The notes: generated by a model not told the origin, from the letters alone. 64,000 nucleotides of DNA from Thauera sp. (GCF_035444905.1 NZ_DAOMPS010000014.1:4439-68438); one strand, 5' to 3'; shown: positions 32,254 through 42,345, counted from the stretch's first letter. A program made the numbers and translations.

Positions 32254-33456
32254 ATGACCGAAGCCGTCATCGTTTCCACCGCCCGTACCGCGCTCACCAA
32301 GTCCTTCCGCGGCTCCTTCAACGATACCGAGGCGCCGGTGCTGGGCGGCCATGTGGTGCGCGCCGTCGTCGAGCGTGCCGGCATCGAGCCCGCCGCGGTC
32401 GAGGACGTGATCATGGGCGCCGCCGTGCAGCAGGGCACCCAGGCCTACAACATCGGCCGCCTGTGCGCCTACACCGGCGGCCTGCCGGACACCGTGCCGG
32501 GCATGGCGCTCGACCGCATGTGCGCCTCGGGTCTGATGACGATTGGTGTCGCCGCCAAGAACATCCTGGCCGGCGAGATGAAGATCGCGGTGGCCGGCGG
32601 CGTCGAGTCGCTGTCGCTGACCCAGACTAAGCACAAGAACACCTACCGCGCGCAGTCCGAGGCGGTGAAGGCGATCGTGCCCGCGGCCTACATCCCGATG
32701 CTGGAGACGGCCGAGATCGTGTCGGCGCGCTACGGCATCTCGCGTGCGGCGCAAGACGAATTCTCGCTGCAGAGCCAGCAGCGCACTGCCGCCGCTCAGG
32801 CCGCCGGCCTGTTCGACGCCGAGATCGTGCCGCTGGCGGCGCGCAAGATCGTGTTCGACAAGGAAGGCAAGCCCGCCGGCTTTGAAGACGTGATCGCCAC
32901 CCGCGACGAGTGCAACCGCGCCTCGACCACGCTGGCGGATCTCGCCAAGCTGAATCCGGTGGTCAAGGACGGCCAGTGGGTGAAGCAGGGCGAATTCGTC
33001 ACCGCCGGCAACGCCTCGCAGCTGTCGGATGGCGCCTCGGCTGCGCTGCTGATGAGCCGCGACGAGGCCGAGCGCCGTGGCATCGCGCCGCTGGGCGTGT
33101 ATCGCGGCATCGCGGTGGCCGGCTGCGCGCCGGAGGAGATGGGTATCGGCCCGGTGTTCGCCATCCCCAAGCTGCTCGAGCGCTTCAACCTCAAGGTCAG
33201 CGACATCGGCCTGTGGGAGATCAACGAGGCCTTCGCCTGCCAGGTGCTGTACAGCCGCGACAAGCTCGGCATCCCCAACGACCGCCTCAACGTCAACGGC
33301 GGCGCGATCGCCATCGGCCACCCCTTCGGCATGTCGGGCGCGCGTATGGTCGGCCACGCGCTGCTCGAGGGTCGTCGCCGGGGCGTGCGCTACGTGGTGG
33401 TGTCGATGTGCATCGGCGGCGGCATGGGCGCGGCGGGCCTGTTCGAGGTGCTGTGA
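32254..33456 (+). CDS. Thiolase (acetyl-CoA C-acyltransferase)
   Basis: It has [27 protein letters not shown] and [10 protein letters not shown]. Confidence 0.92.
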   Translation: MTEAVIVSTARTALTKSFRGSFNDTEAPVLGGHVVRAVVERAGIEPAAVEDVIMGAAVQQGTQAYNIGRLCAYTGGLPDTVPGMALDRMCASGLMTIGVAAKNILAGEMKIAVAGGVESLSLTQTKHKNTYRAQSEAVKAIVPAAYIPMLETAEIVSARYGISRAAQDEFSLQSQQRTAAAQAAGLFDAEIVPLAARKIVFDKEGKPAGFEDVIATRDECNRASTTLADLAKLNPVVKDGQWVKQGEFVTAGNASQLSDGASAALLMSRDEAERRGIAPLGVYRGIAVAGCAPEEMGIGPVFAIPKLLERFNLKVSDIGLWEINEAFACQVLYSRDKLGIPNDRLNVNGGAIAIGHPFGMSGARMVGHALLEGRRRGVRYVVVSMCIGGGMGAAGLFEVL

Positions 33457-34580
33457 TGAACCTCTCCGACGAGCAACGTGCGCTGCAGGAGACGGCGGCC
33501 GACTTTCTCGCCGCCCATACCAATGCGCGCAAGGAAGCGGATGCCGACGCCGAGCTGTGGTCGCGCATCGTCGAACTCGGCTGGGCGGCGGTACAGGTGC
33601 CGGAAGAGCTCGACGGCCTCGGCCTGGGGCCGGTCGAGCTCGCGCTGCTGATGGAGGAGATGGGCTGGCGCCTGGCACGCACGCCCTTCCTGGCCAACGT
33701 GGTGCTGGCGCAGACCGCGCTGCTGCAGGCCGGCACGGCCGAGGCGCAGCAACGCGCGCTGGCCGCGCTGGCCTATGGCGAGCGCACCGCCACGCTGATC
33801 CTCGGTCCGGGCCTGGACGCCGCGTCGGCGTCGTTGACCGTCAAGGCGCGTCGCGACGGCGAGGGCTGGGTGCTGGCCGGCGAGGCCGCGCAGGTGCTCG
33901 ACGACGGGCTGCTGACCCACGCCTACGTGGCGGCTCGCATCGAGGAGGCGCCGGGCGTGGCGCTGTTCGAGCTGGCGGTGGACGCCGCCGGCCTATCGCG
34001 CACGCCGCTGGAGGTGTGGGACCTGACCCGTCCGCAGGCGCGCTGGCGCTTCGATGAAGTCCGGCTGACGGCCGATGCGCGCGTCGATGACCCGACGCGG
34101 GTGCTGGCCGGCCTTGCGCGCACGCGCGTGCTGGCGGCGCTGCAGGTGGCGGCCGAGCAGGTCGGCGGTGCGGCGCAGTGCCTGCAGCTCGCGGTCGATT
34201 ACACCAAGGAGCGCGTGCAGTTCGGCAAGGCGGTGGCGAGCTTCCAGGCGGTCAAGCACCGCGCGGCCGAGATGATGGTGCGCATGGAAACCGCGCGCTC
34301 CACCGTGCTCGGCGTGGCGGCCCGGGTTACGCAGGGCGCGCAGGGGAACGGACTCGACGACGCCGCGCTGGCCGCCGAGGTCGCCGCCGCGCGCGTGCAG
34401 GCCACCGAGGCCTATCGCTACTGCGCGCAGGAAGCCATCCAGCTCCACGGCGGAGTCGGCTTCACCTGGGAATACGATCCGCAGATGCACTTCAAGCGCG
34501 CGCAGTGGGCGAGCCAGTGGTTCGGCCCCACCCGCGACTGGCGCGAGGCGCTTGCCGCCCATCTGCTCGACGCCGCCTGA
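33456..34580 (+). CDS. Acyl-CoA dehydrogenase-fold partner subunit (no GTxEIQ motif)
   Basis: Tail of track ORF 32910..34580. ATG 33456 overlaps the thiolase stop (TGATG). It has IQLHGGVGFTWEYDPQMHFKRAQW. Confidence 0.87.
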   Translation: MNLSDEQRALQETAADFLAAHTNARKEADADAELWSRIVELGWAAVQVPEELDGLGLGPVELALLMEEMGWRLARTPFLANVVLAQTALLQAGTAEAQQRALAALAYGERTATLILGPGLDAASASLTVKARRDGEGWVLAGEAAQVLDDGLLTHAYVAARIEEAPGVALFELAVDAAGLSRTPLEVWDLTRPQARWRFDEVRLTADARVDDPTRVLAGLARTRVLAALQVAAEQVGGAAQCLQLAVDYTKERVQFGKAVASFQAVKHRAAEMMVRMETARSTVLGVAARVTQGAQGNGLDDAALAAEVAAARVQATEAYRYCAQEAIQLHGGVGFTWEYDPQMHFKRAQWASQWFGPTRDWREALAAHLLDAA

Positions 34581-34598
34581 CAGGACCGACAAGGACCG

Positions 34599-35762
34599 AT
34601 GAGCATGAACGAACAGCAATTTCGCCAGGAGGTCGCCGACTGGATGGCGACCCACCTGGTTGGCCGCTTCGCCTGCCTGAAGCACCGCGGCGGCCCGGGC
34701 GACGAGGAAGCCTTCCCGGCGCTGCGCAAGGAATGGGAACAGGAACTGGCCGCCGGCGGCTGGGTCGGCCTGGGCTGGCCCAAGGCGCACGGCGGGCGCG
34801 ACCTGCCGCTGGCGCTGCAGCTCGCCTTCCACGAGGAATACGTGCGCGCCGGTGGTCCGGGCCGCATCGGCCACATCGGCGAGACGCTGATGGCGCCGAC
34901 GCTGATCGCGCTCGGCACCCCCGCACAGCAGGCGCGCTTCCTGCCGGGCATCCGTGAAGGGCGTGAGTACTGGGCGCAGGGCTACTCCGAGCCGGGCGCC
35001 GGCTCCGACCTCGCTGCCATCACCACCCGCTGCTGGCAGGACGAGGACGGCCGCTGGCGACTGCAGGGGCAGAAGGTGTGGACCTCGCTCGCGCACGAAT
35101 CCGAATGGATCTTCGTGGTCGCGCGCAGCACGCCGGGCTCGGTGGGGCGCGAGGGGCTGTCCTTCCTGCTGGTGCCGCTCGACCAGCCGGGCATCGAGAT
35201 CCACCCGATCCGCCAGATGACCGGCGAGGCCGAGTTCAACTCGGTGTTCTTCGACGGCGCGGTGACCGAGGCCGACTGCATCGTCGGCAAGCCGGGCGAG
35301 GGCTGGAAGGTGGCGATGGCGCTGCTCGGCTTCGAGCGCGGCGTGTCCACACTCGGCCAGCAGATGCACTTCATCCACGAGCTGCAGCTGGTGATCGACG
35401 TGGCGCGCGCCAACGGCGCCGCGCGCGACCCGGCGATCCGCCAGCGCATCGCCGACGCCTGGGTGGGCCTGCAGGGCCTGCGCTACAACGGCCTGCGCAT
35501 GCTGGAAGAAGACACCGGCTCGACCAAGGTCCGGCCCGAGGCGCTGATCTACAAGTACGCGTGGTCGAACTGGCACCGCGAACTGGGCCAGCTGGCGATG
35601 GACGTGATCGGCGTGGCGGGCGATGTGCGCTCGGACGACGACGCGCTGCGCCGCCTGCAGCAGGTGTTCTTTTTCTCGCGCGCCGACACCATCTACGCCG
35701 GCACCAACGAGATCCAGCTCAACATCATCGCCGAGCGCGGGCTGGGCATGCCGCGCGGCTGA
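34599..35762 (+). CDS. Acyl-CoA dehydrogenase, catalytic-type subunit
   Basis: It has YSEPGAGSD and IYAGTNEIQLNIIAERGLGMPRG. Confidence 0.9.
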   Translation: MSMNEQQFRQEVADWMATHLVGRFACLKHRGGPGDEEAFPALRKEWEQELAAGGWVGLGWPKAHGGRDLPLALQLAFHEEYVRAGGPGRIGHIGETLMAPTLIALGTPAQQARFLPGIREGREYWAQGYSEPGAGSDLAAITTRCWQDEDGRWRLQGQKVWTSLAHESEWIFVVARSTPGSVGREGLSFLLVPLDQPGIEIHPIRQMTGEAEFNSVFFDGAVTEADCIVGKPGEGWKVAMALLGFERGVSTLGQQMHFIHELQLVIDVARANGAARDPAIRQRIADAWVGLQGLRYNGLRMLEEDTGSTKVRPEALIYKYAWSNWHRELGQLAMDVIGVAGDVRSDDDALRRLQQVFFFSRADTIYAGTNEIQLNIIAERGLGMPRG

Positions 35763-35817
35763 GCCGGCCGCGCCGGGCGGCGCTCGCGCTGCCCGGCCTT
35801 TCCATGGAGGTGAGGGG

Positions 35818-36834
35818 ATGCCCATTCCCGAGATGTTTCGCGGGCGGCTCGCGCTGCCGCTGATCGGCTCGCCGATGTTCCTCGCCAGCGGCCAGGAGTT
35901 GGTGCTGGCGCAGTGCAGGGCGGGTGTCGCGGGCAGCTTCCCGACGCTCAACGCGCGCACGCCCGAGCTGCTCGATCAGTGGCTGACGCGCATCGCGGCC
36001 GAACTTGCGCAGTGGGACCTCGAGCATCCGGATCGTCCGGCGGCGCCCTTCGGTGCCAACCTGATCCTGCACAGATCCAACCGGCGGCGCGAGGCCGACC
36101 TCGAGTGCGTGGTCAGGCACCGCGTGCCCTTCGTGATCACCTCGGTGGGCCGCCCCGATGCGGTGGTCGAGCGCGTGCACGACTACGGCGGGCTGGTGTT
36201 CCACGACGTCATCAACGTCGAGCACGCGCGCAAGGCCGCGGCCAGCGGCGTCGACGGACTGATCCTGGTGTGCGCCGGGGCGGGCGGCCACGGCGGCACG
36301 CTGTCGCCCTTCGCCCTGGTGGCCGAGGTGCGCGCGTTCTGGGACGGCCCGCTGGTGCTCGCCGGCGCCTTGTCCAGCGGGCGCGCGCTGCGCGCGGCCG
36401 AGGTCATGGGTGCCGACCTGGGCTACATGGGTACGCGCTTCATCGCCACCCGCGAGGCTGCGGCCGACGCCGGCCACAAGGACATGATCGTGCGCGACGG
36501 CGCGGCAGACATCGTCTACACCCCGGTGTTCAGCGGCATCTGGGCCAACTACCTGAAGAACAGCGTGCGCGCGGCGGGGATCGACCCCGACGGGCTAGCG
36601 GGCAGCCAGGACGGCGGCAAGGACGACCTTTTTGCCAGTCTCGACAGCAAGCCCAAGGCCTGGAAGGAGGTGTGGTCGGCCGGACAGGGCATCGGCAGCA
36701 TCCACGACGTGCCCTCGGTGGCGGAGCTGGTGGCGCGCATGAAGCGCGAATACACCGAGGCCGCCGCGCAACCGGCCGCATTTGCCGAATCCGCCGGGAT
36801 ATCGGCAGCAGCGTCGGCCGGAGCCTCGGCATGA
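35818..36834 (+). CDS. Nitronate monooxygenase-family FMN oxidoreductase (second NMO paralogue)
   Basis: Track ORF 35623..36834 trimmed to ATG 35818 (ggaggtgagggg upstream). It has PLIGSPMFLAS and VCAGAGGHGG. Confidence 0.87.
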   Translation: MPIPEMFRGRLALPLIGSPMFLASGQELVLAQCRAGVAGSFPTLNARTPELLDQWLTRIAAELAQWDLEHPDRPAAPFGANLILHRSNRRREADLECVVRHRVPFVITSVGRPDAVVERVHDYGGLVFHDVINVEHARKAAASGVDGLILVCAGAGGHGGTLSPFALVAEVRAFWDGPLVLAGALSSGRALRAAEVMGADLGYMGTRFIATREAAADAGHKDMIVRDGAADIVYTPVFSGIWANYLKNSVRAAGIDPDGLAGSQDGGKDDLFASLDSKPKAWKEVWSAGQGIGSIHDVPSVAELVARMKREYTEAAAQPAAFAESAGISAAASAGASA

Positions 36835-37508
36835 CCATGCAGTGGAAGATGATCTACCTCGCACGGCGTAATCCCGCGCTGGCGCCCGAGGAATTCCCCC
36901 TGGCCTGGCGCGAGCACTCGGCGCTTGGCCGCGAATGCCGCAACGTGCAGGACAAGGTCAAGGCGGTGCGCCAGTGCTCGCGCGTGCTCGACCGCCCTGG
37001 TGTGCCGAACGGCGCCAGCCTCGACTACGACGGCGTCAACCTGCTGTCGCTGCGCGACCGCCAGGCTGCCGACGACATCTGGAACGACGAGGAGACGCTG
37101 CGCATCATGCGGCCCGACGAGCCGCGGGTGTTCTCGACCTACGTGCGCGACTTCACCCTGGTCGCACGCGAGCAGGTGCTGGTCGACGGCGCCGAGACCG
37201 GCGTGTGTCTGGTGCTGTTTCTGCGCGCGCGGCCGGGACAGCGCTTGCAGGCGCGTGATCTCGCCGGCGCCCCCGCCGCGCCGTGGTCGGCTGCGACGCG
37301 CTTGGTCTGGAACGAGGTGGCGGGCGAGCGACCGCCTGGCTACGACTACGACGCGATCGTCGAGGCCTGGTATGAATCGGTCGATGCCGTGGCCGCAGCG
37401 TTTGCCGGCCCGCCGGTTTGGCACTGGCTGCCGCCGGCCTTGGCGGACGCCGTCGACACCGCCAGATCGGTGTGCATGCTGACGCGGATCACGCACCGGC
37501 GGCCCTGA
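36831..37508 (+). CDS. EthD-like domain protein
   Basis: Tail of track ORF 35913..37508. ATG 36831 overlaps the NMO stop (ATGA). The start MIYLARRNPALAPEEFPLAWREHSAL resembles EthD-family starts. The family call is from memory only. Confidence 0.65.
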   Translation: MTMQWKMIYLARRNPALAPEEFPLAWREHSALGRECRNVQDKVKAVRQCSRVLDRPGVPNGASLDYDGVNLLSLRDRQAADDIWNDEETLRIMRPDEPRVFSTYVRDFTLVAREQVLVDGAETGVCLVLFLRARPGQRLQARDLAGAPAAPWSAATRLVWNEVAGERPPGYDYDAIVEAWYESVDAVAAAFAGPPVWHWLPPALADAVDTARSVCMLTRITHRRP

Positions 37509-37551
37509 GCGCAGGTCCGCCAAAGGGGCCGCGGACCGCGCGGCACGGGCA

Positions 37552-38448
37552 TCATTGTTTCCCGCGCGGGTCCAGGTAGCGCAGGATGTGTGAGGCCACC
37601 GCTTCGGGCTGCTCCGGCAGCAGGGCGTGGCCGGCGTTGGCGATGACATGGCGGGTCGCCCGCGCGCCGAGCTGCGCCGCAAGCTTCTCCGAGTCCGCGG
37701 GCGCGGCGGCGGTGTCGTCGGCCGGCTGCAGGATCAGCATCGGAGCCGAGCCACCGTGGCTCCAGCTCGAATAGGCTTGCGCGGTGGTCGCGCGTGTCTG
37801 GTGCAGTGCCGCGAGCGGATACCAGCCGGTGACCCAGGACGCGGGCACCGTCTCGCCCGCGAAGAAGGCGAGCGCGATCGCCGCCTCCCGCGCCTCGCCA
37901 TCGAAACCGAACACGGCCTTGCGGATCGCCGCGTTGATCTCGGGCGGTGGCGGCTTTCCGCCCCCCGCGGCCAGCAGGACGAGCTTGCGCACTCGTTCCG
38001 GGTGGTGGACGGCAAACACCCGGGCCACCCGGTTCCCGTACGCGTGGCCGATCACCGCGCGCGCAGTGGCGACGCCCTCGGCGTCGAGCACGGCGGCGAC
38101 GTCGGCGGCGTAGTCGGCCAGGCTCACGTCCAGGATGCCGAACGCCGACCCCTCGATGCCCCGCGGCTGAACCGCCAGGCTGCGATAGCCGGCATCCGCC
38201 AGTGCCTGGGCCAGGCGGTTGAAGTCGGCGGCCGAGCGGGCGAAGCTGGGCAACAGCACCACCGCGTCCCCCTGCCCGAGGCGGTGATAGACCAGGTCGC
38301 CACCCGGGCCGGTGATCACGACCCGCTCGCCGGCGGCGGGTTCCGCCGAGCGGTCCTGCAGGATCGCCCCCAGGCCTGCAAGCAGCAGCATCAGGATGAC
38401 GAGGGTGAAGATCGCGCTACGTTTCAGGAGAAGCTTGGTATTCATCAT
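37552..38448 (-). CDS. Alpha/beta-hydrolase-fold protein with N-terminal membrane anchor; nucleophile elbow reads GHAYG
   Basis: 298 aa. It has a hydrophobic N-terminus (SAIFTLVILMLLLAGLGAIL) and the fold pattern VVLLPSF...VIGHAYGNRVA...LLAAGG. GCG (Ala) occupies the position where Ser is expected. Confidence 0.82.
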   Translation of the reverse strand: MMNTKLLLKRSAIFTLVILMLLLAGLGAILQDRSAEPAAGERVVITGPGGDLVYHRLGQGDAVVLLPSFARSAADFNRLAQALADAGYRSLAVQPRGIEGSAFGILDVSLADYAADVAAVLDAEGVATARAVIGHAYGNRVARVFAVHHPERVRKLVLLAAGGGKPPPPEINAAIRKAVFGFDGEAREAAIALAFFAGETVPASWVTGWYPLAALHQTRATTAQAYSSWSHGGSAPMLILQPADDTAAAPADSEKLAAQLGARATRHVIANAGHALLPEQPEAVASHILRYLDPRGKQ

Positions 38449-38550
38449 GCGGACGCCTGGGATTCCATTTTCGAGGGGAGGGATGGCGAGGGGACGGGCC
38501 TTGCGCAGGCTGCCCGCGCAGGCGTGCGAAGGCAGCGTGCGCGGCGTCGC

Positions 38551-40086
38551 TCATTGCCCTCCCATCCGCAGGGAACCTCCCTTCTGCCGCGGCGGGCATG
38601 CCTGGAAGCTGGCCATGTGGGCGCCGGCGGCGTCCGCGACCTGGCCGCCGAAACCGATGCCCATCTTCATGGCGAGATCGTTGCTCTTCTGTCCGCCATG
38701 CCGCTCGTAGGGATCCATGCGCAGGTTGAACACCAGCGAGCTCGGCGTGTGGCTGTCGAAGAAGCCCTCGCGGGTCTGGAAGTGGCTCTTCCACGCGCCG
38801 ATGCGGATCGCCGTGTACTTGCTCTCGTCGTAGTAGTGGACCACGTTGCGCGCCGAGGGGGCGTCGCCCGTCCAGTGCGTCAGGTTGTCGACACCGTCGA
38901 TGCAGACGCCGTCACGCTCCTTGAGCTTGGCCGCGACCTTGTCATGGCCGGCGGCGCTGGCCAGCGTGGTGAACATGTCCTCATGGGTCTGGATGCCGTT
39001 CGAGACCTTGCCGGCGGGGATCTTCGCCGGCCAGCGCACCAGCATCGGCACGCGCACGCCGCCTTCCCAGGTCGTGGCCTTTTCGCCGCGGAAGGGCGTT
39101 GCGCCGGCGTCGGGCCACCAGGCGACCATCGCGCCGTTGTCGGTGGTGTAGACCACGATCGTGTCGTCGGCGATCTTCAGCGTGTCGAGCAGGTCGAGCA
39201 GCTGGCCGACGTGGCCGTCATGCTCGATGAGCCCGCTGCCGTAGATGTCGAACTCGCTGGAGAGGTCGCTGGCGAGGTGACGCGACTCGGGCTTCAGGTG
39301 CGTGTAGATGTGCATCCGGGTCGTGTTCAGCCAGGCGAAGAAGGGCTCGCCCGCCTGCGTGGATTGGGTGATGAAGCGCTTGGTGCGCTCCAGGAACTCT
39401 TCGTCCACGGTTTCCATGCGCTCGGTGGTGAGCGGGCCGGTGTCGCGCACCTTCTGCTTGCCGACCTTGCCGAAACGGGGATCGACGGTCGCGTCGTCCT
39501 CCTTGCTCGCCACGCTGTCGATCACGCCGCGCGGCCGGTAGCGGGCATTGAAGCCGGGATCCTTGCCCCACATGCGCAGTTCCGGCTCTTCCTCGGCATT
39601 GAGGTGGTAGAGGTTGCCGTAGAACTCGTCGAAACCGTGCACCGTGGGCAGGTGCTCGTTGCGGTCGCCGAGGTGGTTCTTGCCGAACTGCCCGGTGCGA
39701 TAGCCCAGCTCCTTGAGCAGCTCGGCCAGCGTCGGATCGCGCGCGTCGAGCCCGATCGGCGAGCCGGGGAGGCCGACCGTGGTCAGGCCGGTGCGGATCG
39801 GCAGCTGGCCGGTGATGAAGGCGGCGCGCCCGGCGGTCGAGCTCGGGTGGGCGTAATGATCGGTGAACAGGATGCCTTCGCGCCCGATGCGATCGATGTT
39901 GGGGGTGGGCACCATCATCCCGTGGCTATAGAGGCCGACGTTCGAGTAGCCGATGTCGTCGCCCATGATCACGAGGATGTTCGGCCGCTTGGGCGCCTGC
40001 GATTGTGCCTGCGCCTGCGCGGCGCCGAAGCCGGCGATGGCGGCGGCGAGGGCCAGGCGTTGCCAGCGGCGTTGGGGGTGTTTCAT
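38551..40086 (-). CDS. Ser-type sulfatase with signal peptide
   Basis: Track ORF 38551..40707 trimmed to ATG 40086 (gagaggagacctc upstream). It has NILVIMGDDIGY, an FGly motif region SSTAGRAAFITG ((C/S)x(P/A)xR with Ser), and GKNHLGD. Confidence 0.9.
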   Translation of the reverse strand: MKHPQRRWQRLALAAAIAGFGAAQAQAQSQAPKRPNILVIMGDDIGYSNVGLYSHGMMVPTPNIDRIGREGILFTDHYAHPSSTAGRAAFITGQLPIRTGLTTVGLPGSPIGLDARDPTLAELLKELGYRTGQFGKNHLGDRNEHLPTVHGFDEFYGNLYHLNAEEEPELRMWGKDPGFNARYRPRGVIDSVASKEDDATVDPRFGKVGKQKVRDTGPLTTERMETVDEEFLERTKRFITQSTQAGEPFFAWLNTTRMHIYTHLKPESRHLASDLSSEFDIYGSGLIEHDGHVGQLLDLLDTLKIADDTIVVYTTDNGAMVAWWPDAGATPFRGEKATTWEGGVRVPMLVRWPAKIPAGKVSNGIQTHEDMFTTLASAAGHDKVAAKLKERDGVCIDGVDNLTHWTGDAPSARNVVHYYDESKYTAIRIGAWKSHFQTREGFFDSHTPSSLVFNLRMDPYERHGGQKSNDLAMKMGIGFGGQVADAAGAHMASFQACPPRQKGGSLRMGGQ

Positions 40087-40120
40087 GAGGTCTCCTCTCT
40101 CGGGTTGGGGTCCTGGGGGC

Positions 40121-41398
40121 TTACCGACCAAGGCGGCGCCGGATGGCGGGAATGTCCCTGCGGACCTGTTGATAGAAGTGGGCGAGGCCTTCGCACAGGT
40201 AGTTGAGGCCGGTCTCGCCGTCGGGCGCACGCAGCAGCCGGTTCTTCGGGCATTCGCCCCAGCACAGCTGCAGGTGCAGGCAGCGCCGGCAGTGGCCGGG
40301 CAGGCTGTCATGCTTGGCGAGGCCGAAGCGGACCTGCTTGTCGGCGAAGGCGAGGTCGCCCTGGTGGACCTCGCGGATGTTGCCGAGACGGTATTCCGGG
40401 TAGACGAAGTGGTCGCAGGCATAGAGCTCGCCGTCGTGCTCCAGCGCCATGGCCTTGCCGCACACCGGCGCGCTGGTGCACATCTGAGCGGGCAGGCCGA
40501 GCGACTGCGCCACCGCGGTCTCGAACACGTTGATGTGCAGGCGGCCGAAGTCCTGCGCCAGCCATTCCGCCCACACGGCACACAGGAAGTCGCCATAGTC
40601 GCGGGCATCGACCGACCATTCGGTGACGATGGACAGCGGGTGATCGGGTCGCGTGCGCGGGGTGCCGAGCAGCGGCATGTCGGCCGGCCTGGCGAGGCCG
40701 GGCGCACGTAGCTTGAAGTCGCGCGTCTCGACGCAGGGCGTGAACTGGATGCGGAAGCTACCCGGGATCGCGCGCAGGTTGCGATAGACCTCGAGCGGTG
40801 CCCGTGCCACGTCGCGATTCACCACGCACAGCAGGGAGAAGGGCACCTCGGCCGCCGCCAGCCGGGCGGCGGCGGCGAGCACGCGCGCGTAGGTGGGTTC
40901 GCCGCCCTTGGTCGGGCGATAGCGGTCGTGCAGTTCGGGCGTGCCGTCCACGCTGAGGCCGACGACGAAGCCGTGCGCCTTCAGGAAGGCGACCCACTCG
41001 TCGTCGAGCAGCAGGCCGTTGGTCTGCAGGTCGTTCTCGATACGCTGGCCGGGCTTGCGATGGCGCGCCTGAAGTTCGACCACGCGGCGGAAGAAGTCCA
41101 GCCCCATCACCGTGGGCTCGCCGCCCTGCCAGGAGAACACCACCTCGTCCCCGGTCTGGGCCTCGATGTACTGGCGGATGTGGGCTTCCAGCAGCCCCTC
41201 GTCCATGCGCGCGTTGCGGCCGTGCTGCAGCAGGTCGGTCTTGTGCAGGTAGAAGCAGTACGGACAGTCGAGGTTGCACAGCGCGCCGGCCGGCTTGACC
41301 ATCACGTGGTAGCGGTAGTGGCGCCCGGGTGGCAGGGGCGGCAGCGTGCAGCGCGGCGTGGCGGTCATGGGGTCGGCGTGGCTCACATCTCCCTCCAT
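40121..41398 (-). CDS. Radical-SAM anaerobic sulfatase-maturating enzyme (AtsB/anSME type, SPASM domain)
   Basis: It has CNLDCPYC (CxxxCxxC) and C-terminal Cys clusters (CTSAPVCGK, YACDHF, CRRCLHLQLCWGECPKN). The start is uncertain: ATG 41398, GTG 41386 or ATG 41368. Confidence 0.9.
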   Translation of the reverse strand: MEGDVSHADPMTATPRCTLPPLPPGRHYRYHVMVKPAGALCNLDCPYCFYLHKTDLLQHGRNARMDEGLLEAHIRQYIEAQTGDEVVFSWQGGEPTVMGLDFFRRVVELQARHRKPGQRIENDLQTNGLLLDDEWVAFLKAHGFVVGLSVDGTPELHDRYRPTKGGEPTYARVLAAAARLAAAEVPFSLLCVVNRDVARAPLEVYRNLRAIPGSFRIQFTPCVETRDFKLRAPGLARPADMPLLGTPRTRPDHPLSIVTEWSVDARDYGDFLCAVWAEWLAQDFGRLHINVFETAVAQSLGLPAQMCTSAPVCGKAMALEHDGELYACDHFVYPEYRLGNIREVHQGDLAFADKQVRFGLAKHDSLPGHCRRCLHLQLCWGECPKNRLLRAPDGETGLNYLCEGLAHFYQQVRRDIPAIRRRLGR

Positions 41399-41519
41399 CC
41401 TTGTTAGAGTGCCCTTTTCGTCCGGCCCGCCGATGCGGGACGTGGCGGCACATGGGATGCAGTATAGGTAGGGGGAGCGGAGGTCGGAATTCGCATTCCC
41501 CGTCGCCGCTCCATATTGA

Positions 41520-41533
41520 TAAATAGCTGTTTA
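41520..41533. promoter_or_regulatory. Near-palindrome TAAATAGCTGTTTA upstream of the TetR gene
   Basis: 14 bp with 6 of 7 symmetric pairs around AGCT, in the AT-rich divergent region 23 bp before ATG 41556. It shares ATAGCT with the site at 42346. Confidence 0.4.
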
Positions 41534-41555
41534 AAAAAGGACTTTAGCCTCTTGC

Positions 41556-42296
41556 ATGGCTGAGTCCGGAACCGTCTTCGTATTGCATATGGCACCTGGA
41601 AAGCCCGTCCACCCCGATCACTCACGCAAGGGGCGCGTCCCCGCACCGCGCAAGCTGCCTTCCCAGTCGCGCTCGCGCTCGCTCGTCTCGGCGCTGATCG
41701 AGGCCTGCATACGCGTGCTGGAGGAGGAGGGCAGCGAGGCGCTTACGGTCAACCGTCTGGCCGAGGTGTCGGGCGTCGCGGTCGGCTCCTTCTATCAGTA
41801 CTTCCCGAATATCGAGGCCCTGCTCGGCCAGACCTTCGAGCATGTGCTGCGCGAGGAGGCCGCCGTGTCGGTGCCCGCGCTGCGCGCCTCGGTCGCCGGC
41901 CTGCCGCTCGAAGGGGCGCTGCGCGAGATCCTGCAGAACATGGTCAGAACCGAACTGCGCCTGCACCGGCTGCACGCCGAGTTCCACCTCAAGTACCACC
42001 CGGAGCTGCAGATGGGCATGCGTATCGGGCCTTATGCGAGCTCGCGCGAGTTCGTTGACGACGCCTGGCGGCCCTTCGTCACGCTCTACGCGCCCGAGCT
42101 CGAACCCGAACGCGCCGACATGGCGGCCTACATGCTGTGCATGGCGATGCGCTCGGTCATCCGGGCTGCATTGGAGGATGCGCCCGAGCGCGTCGGCCAG
42201 GCTGCCTTCCTCGATTGCCTGCTCGCCATGGCGCTCGGGATGCTCGACCCCCGCCTGCCCACCCGCGAACAACAGGACAGGGCTGGCGAAACGTGA
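41556..42296 (+). CDS. TetR-family transcriptional regulator
   Basis: It has the HTH segment LTVNRLAEVSGVAVGSFYQYFPNIEAL. The N-terminal start is uncertain; ATG 41589 is the alternative. Confidence 0.87.
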   Translation: MAESGTVFVLHMAPGKPVHPDHSRKGRVPAPRKLPSQSRSRSLVSALIEACIRVLEEEGSEALTVNRLAEVSGVAVGSFYQYFPNIEALLGQTFEHVLREEAAVSVPALRASVAGLPLEGALREILQNMVRTELRLHRLHAEFHLKYHPELQMGMRIGPYASSREFVDDAWRPFVTLYAPELEPERADMAAYMLCMAMRSVIRAALEDAPERVGQAAFLDCLLAMALGMLDPRLPTREQQDRAGET

Positions 42297-42345
42297 CAGA
42301 CGGGCCTGCCGAGCGCCGCGTACGCTTTTTTCTTTCGCCTTTTCA

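Noticed and set aside
37514-37537. Hairpin GGTCCGC...GCGGACC between the convergent EthD-like and hydrolase genes as a bidirectional terminator
   Set aside because: The stem is only 7 bp and there is no U-tract on either strand. It may still contribute to termination, but the evidence is insufficient to list it.
42318-42331. Terminator after the TetR gene (GCGTACGC followed by T6)
   Set aside because: The palindrome can form at most a 3-bp stem with a 2-nt loop. That is not a credible intrinsic terminator despite the T-run.
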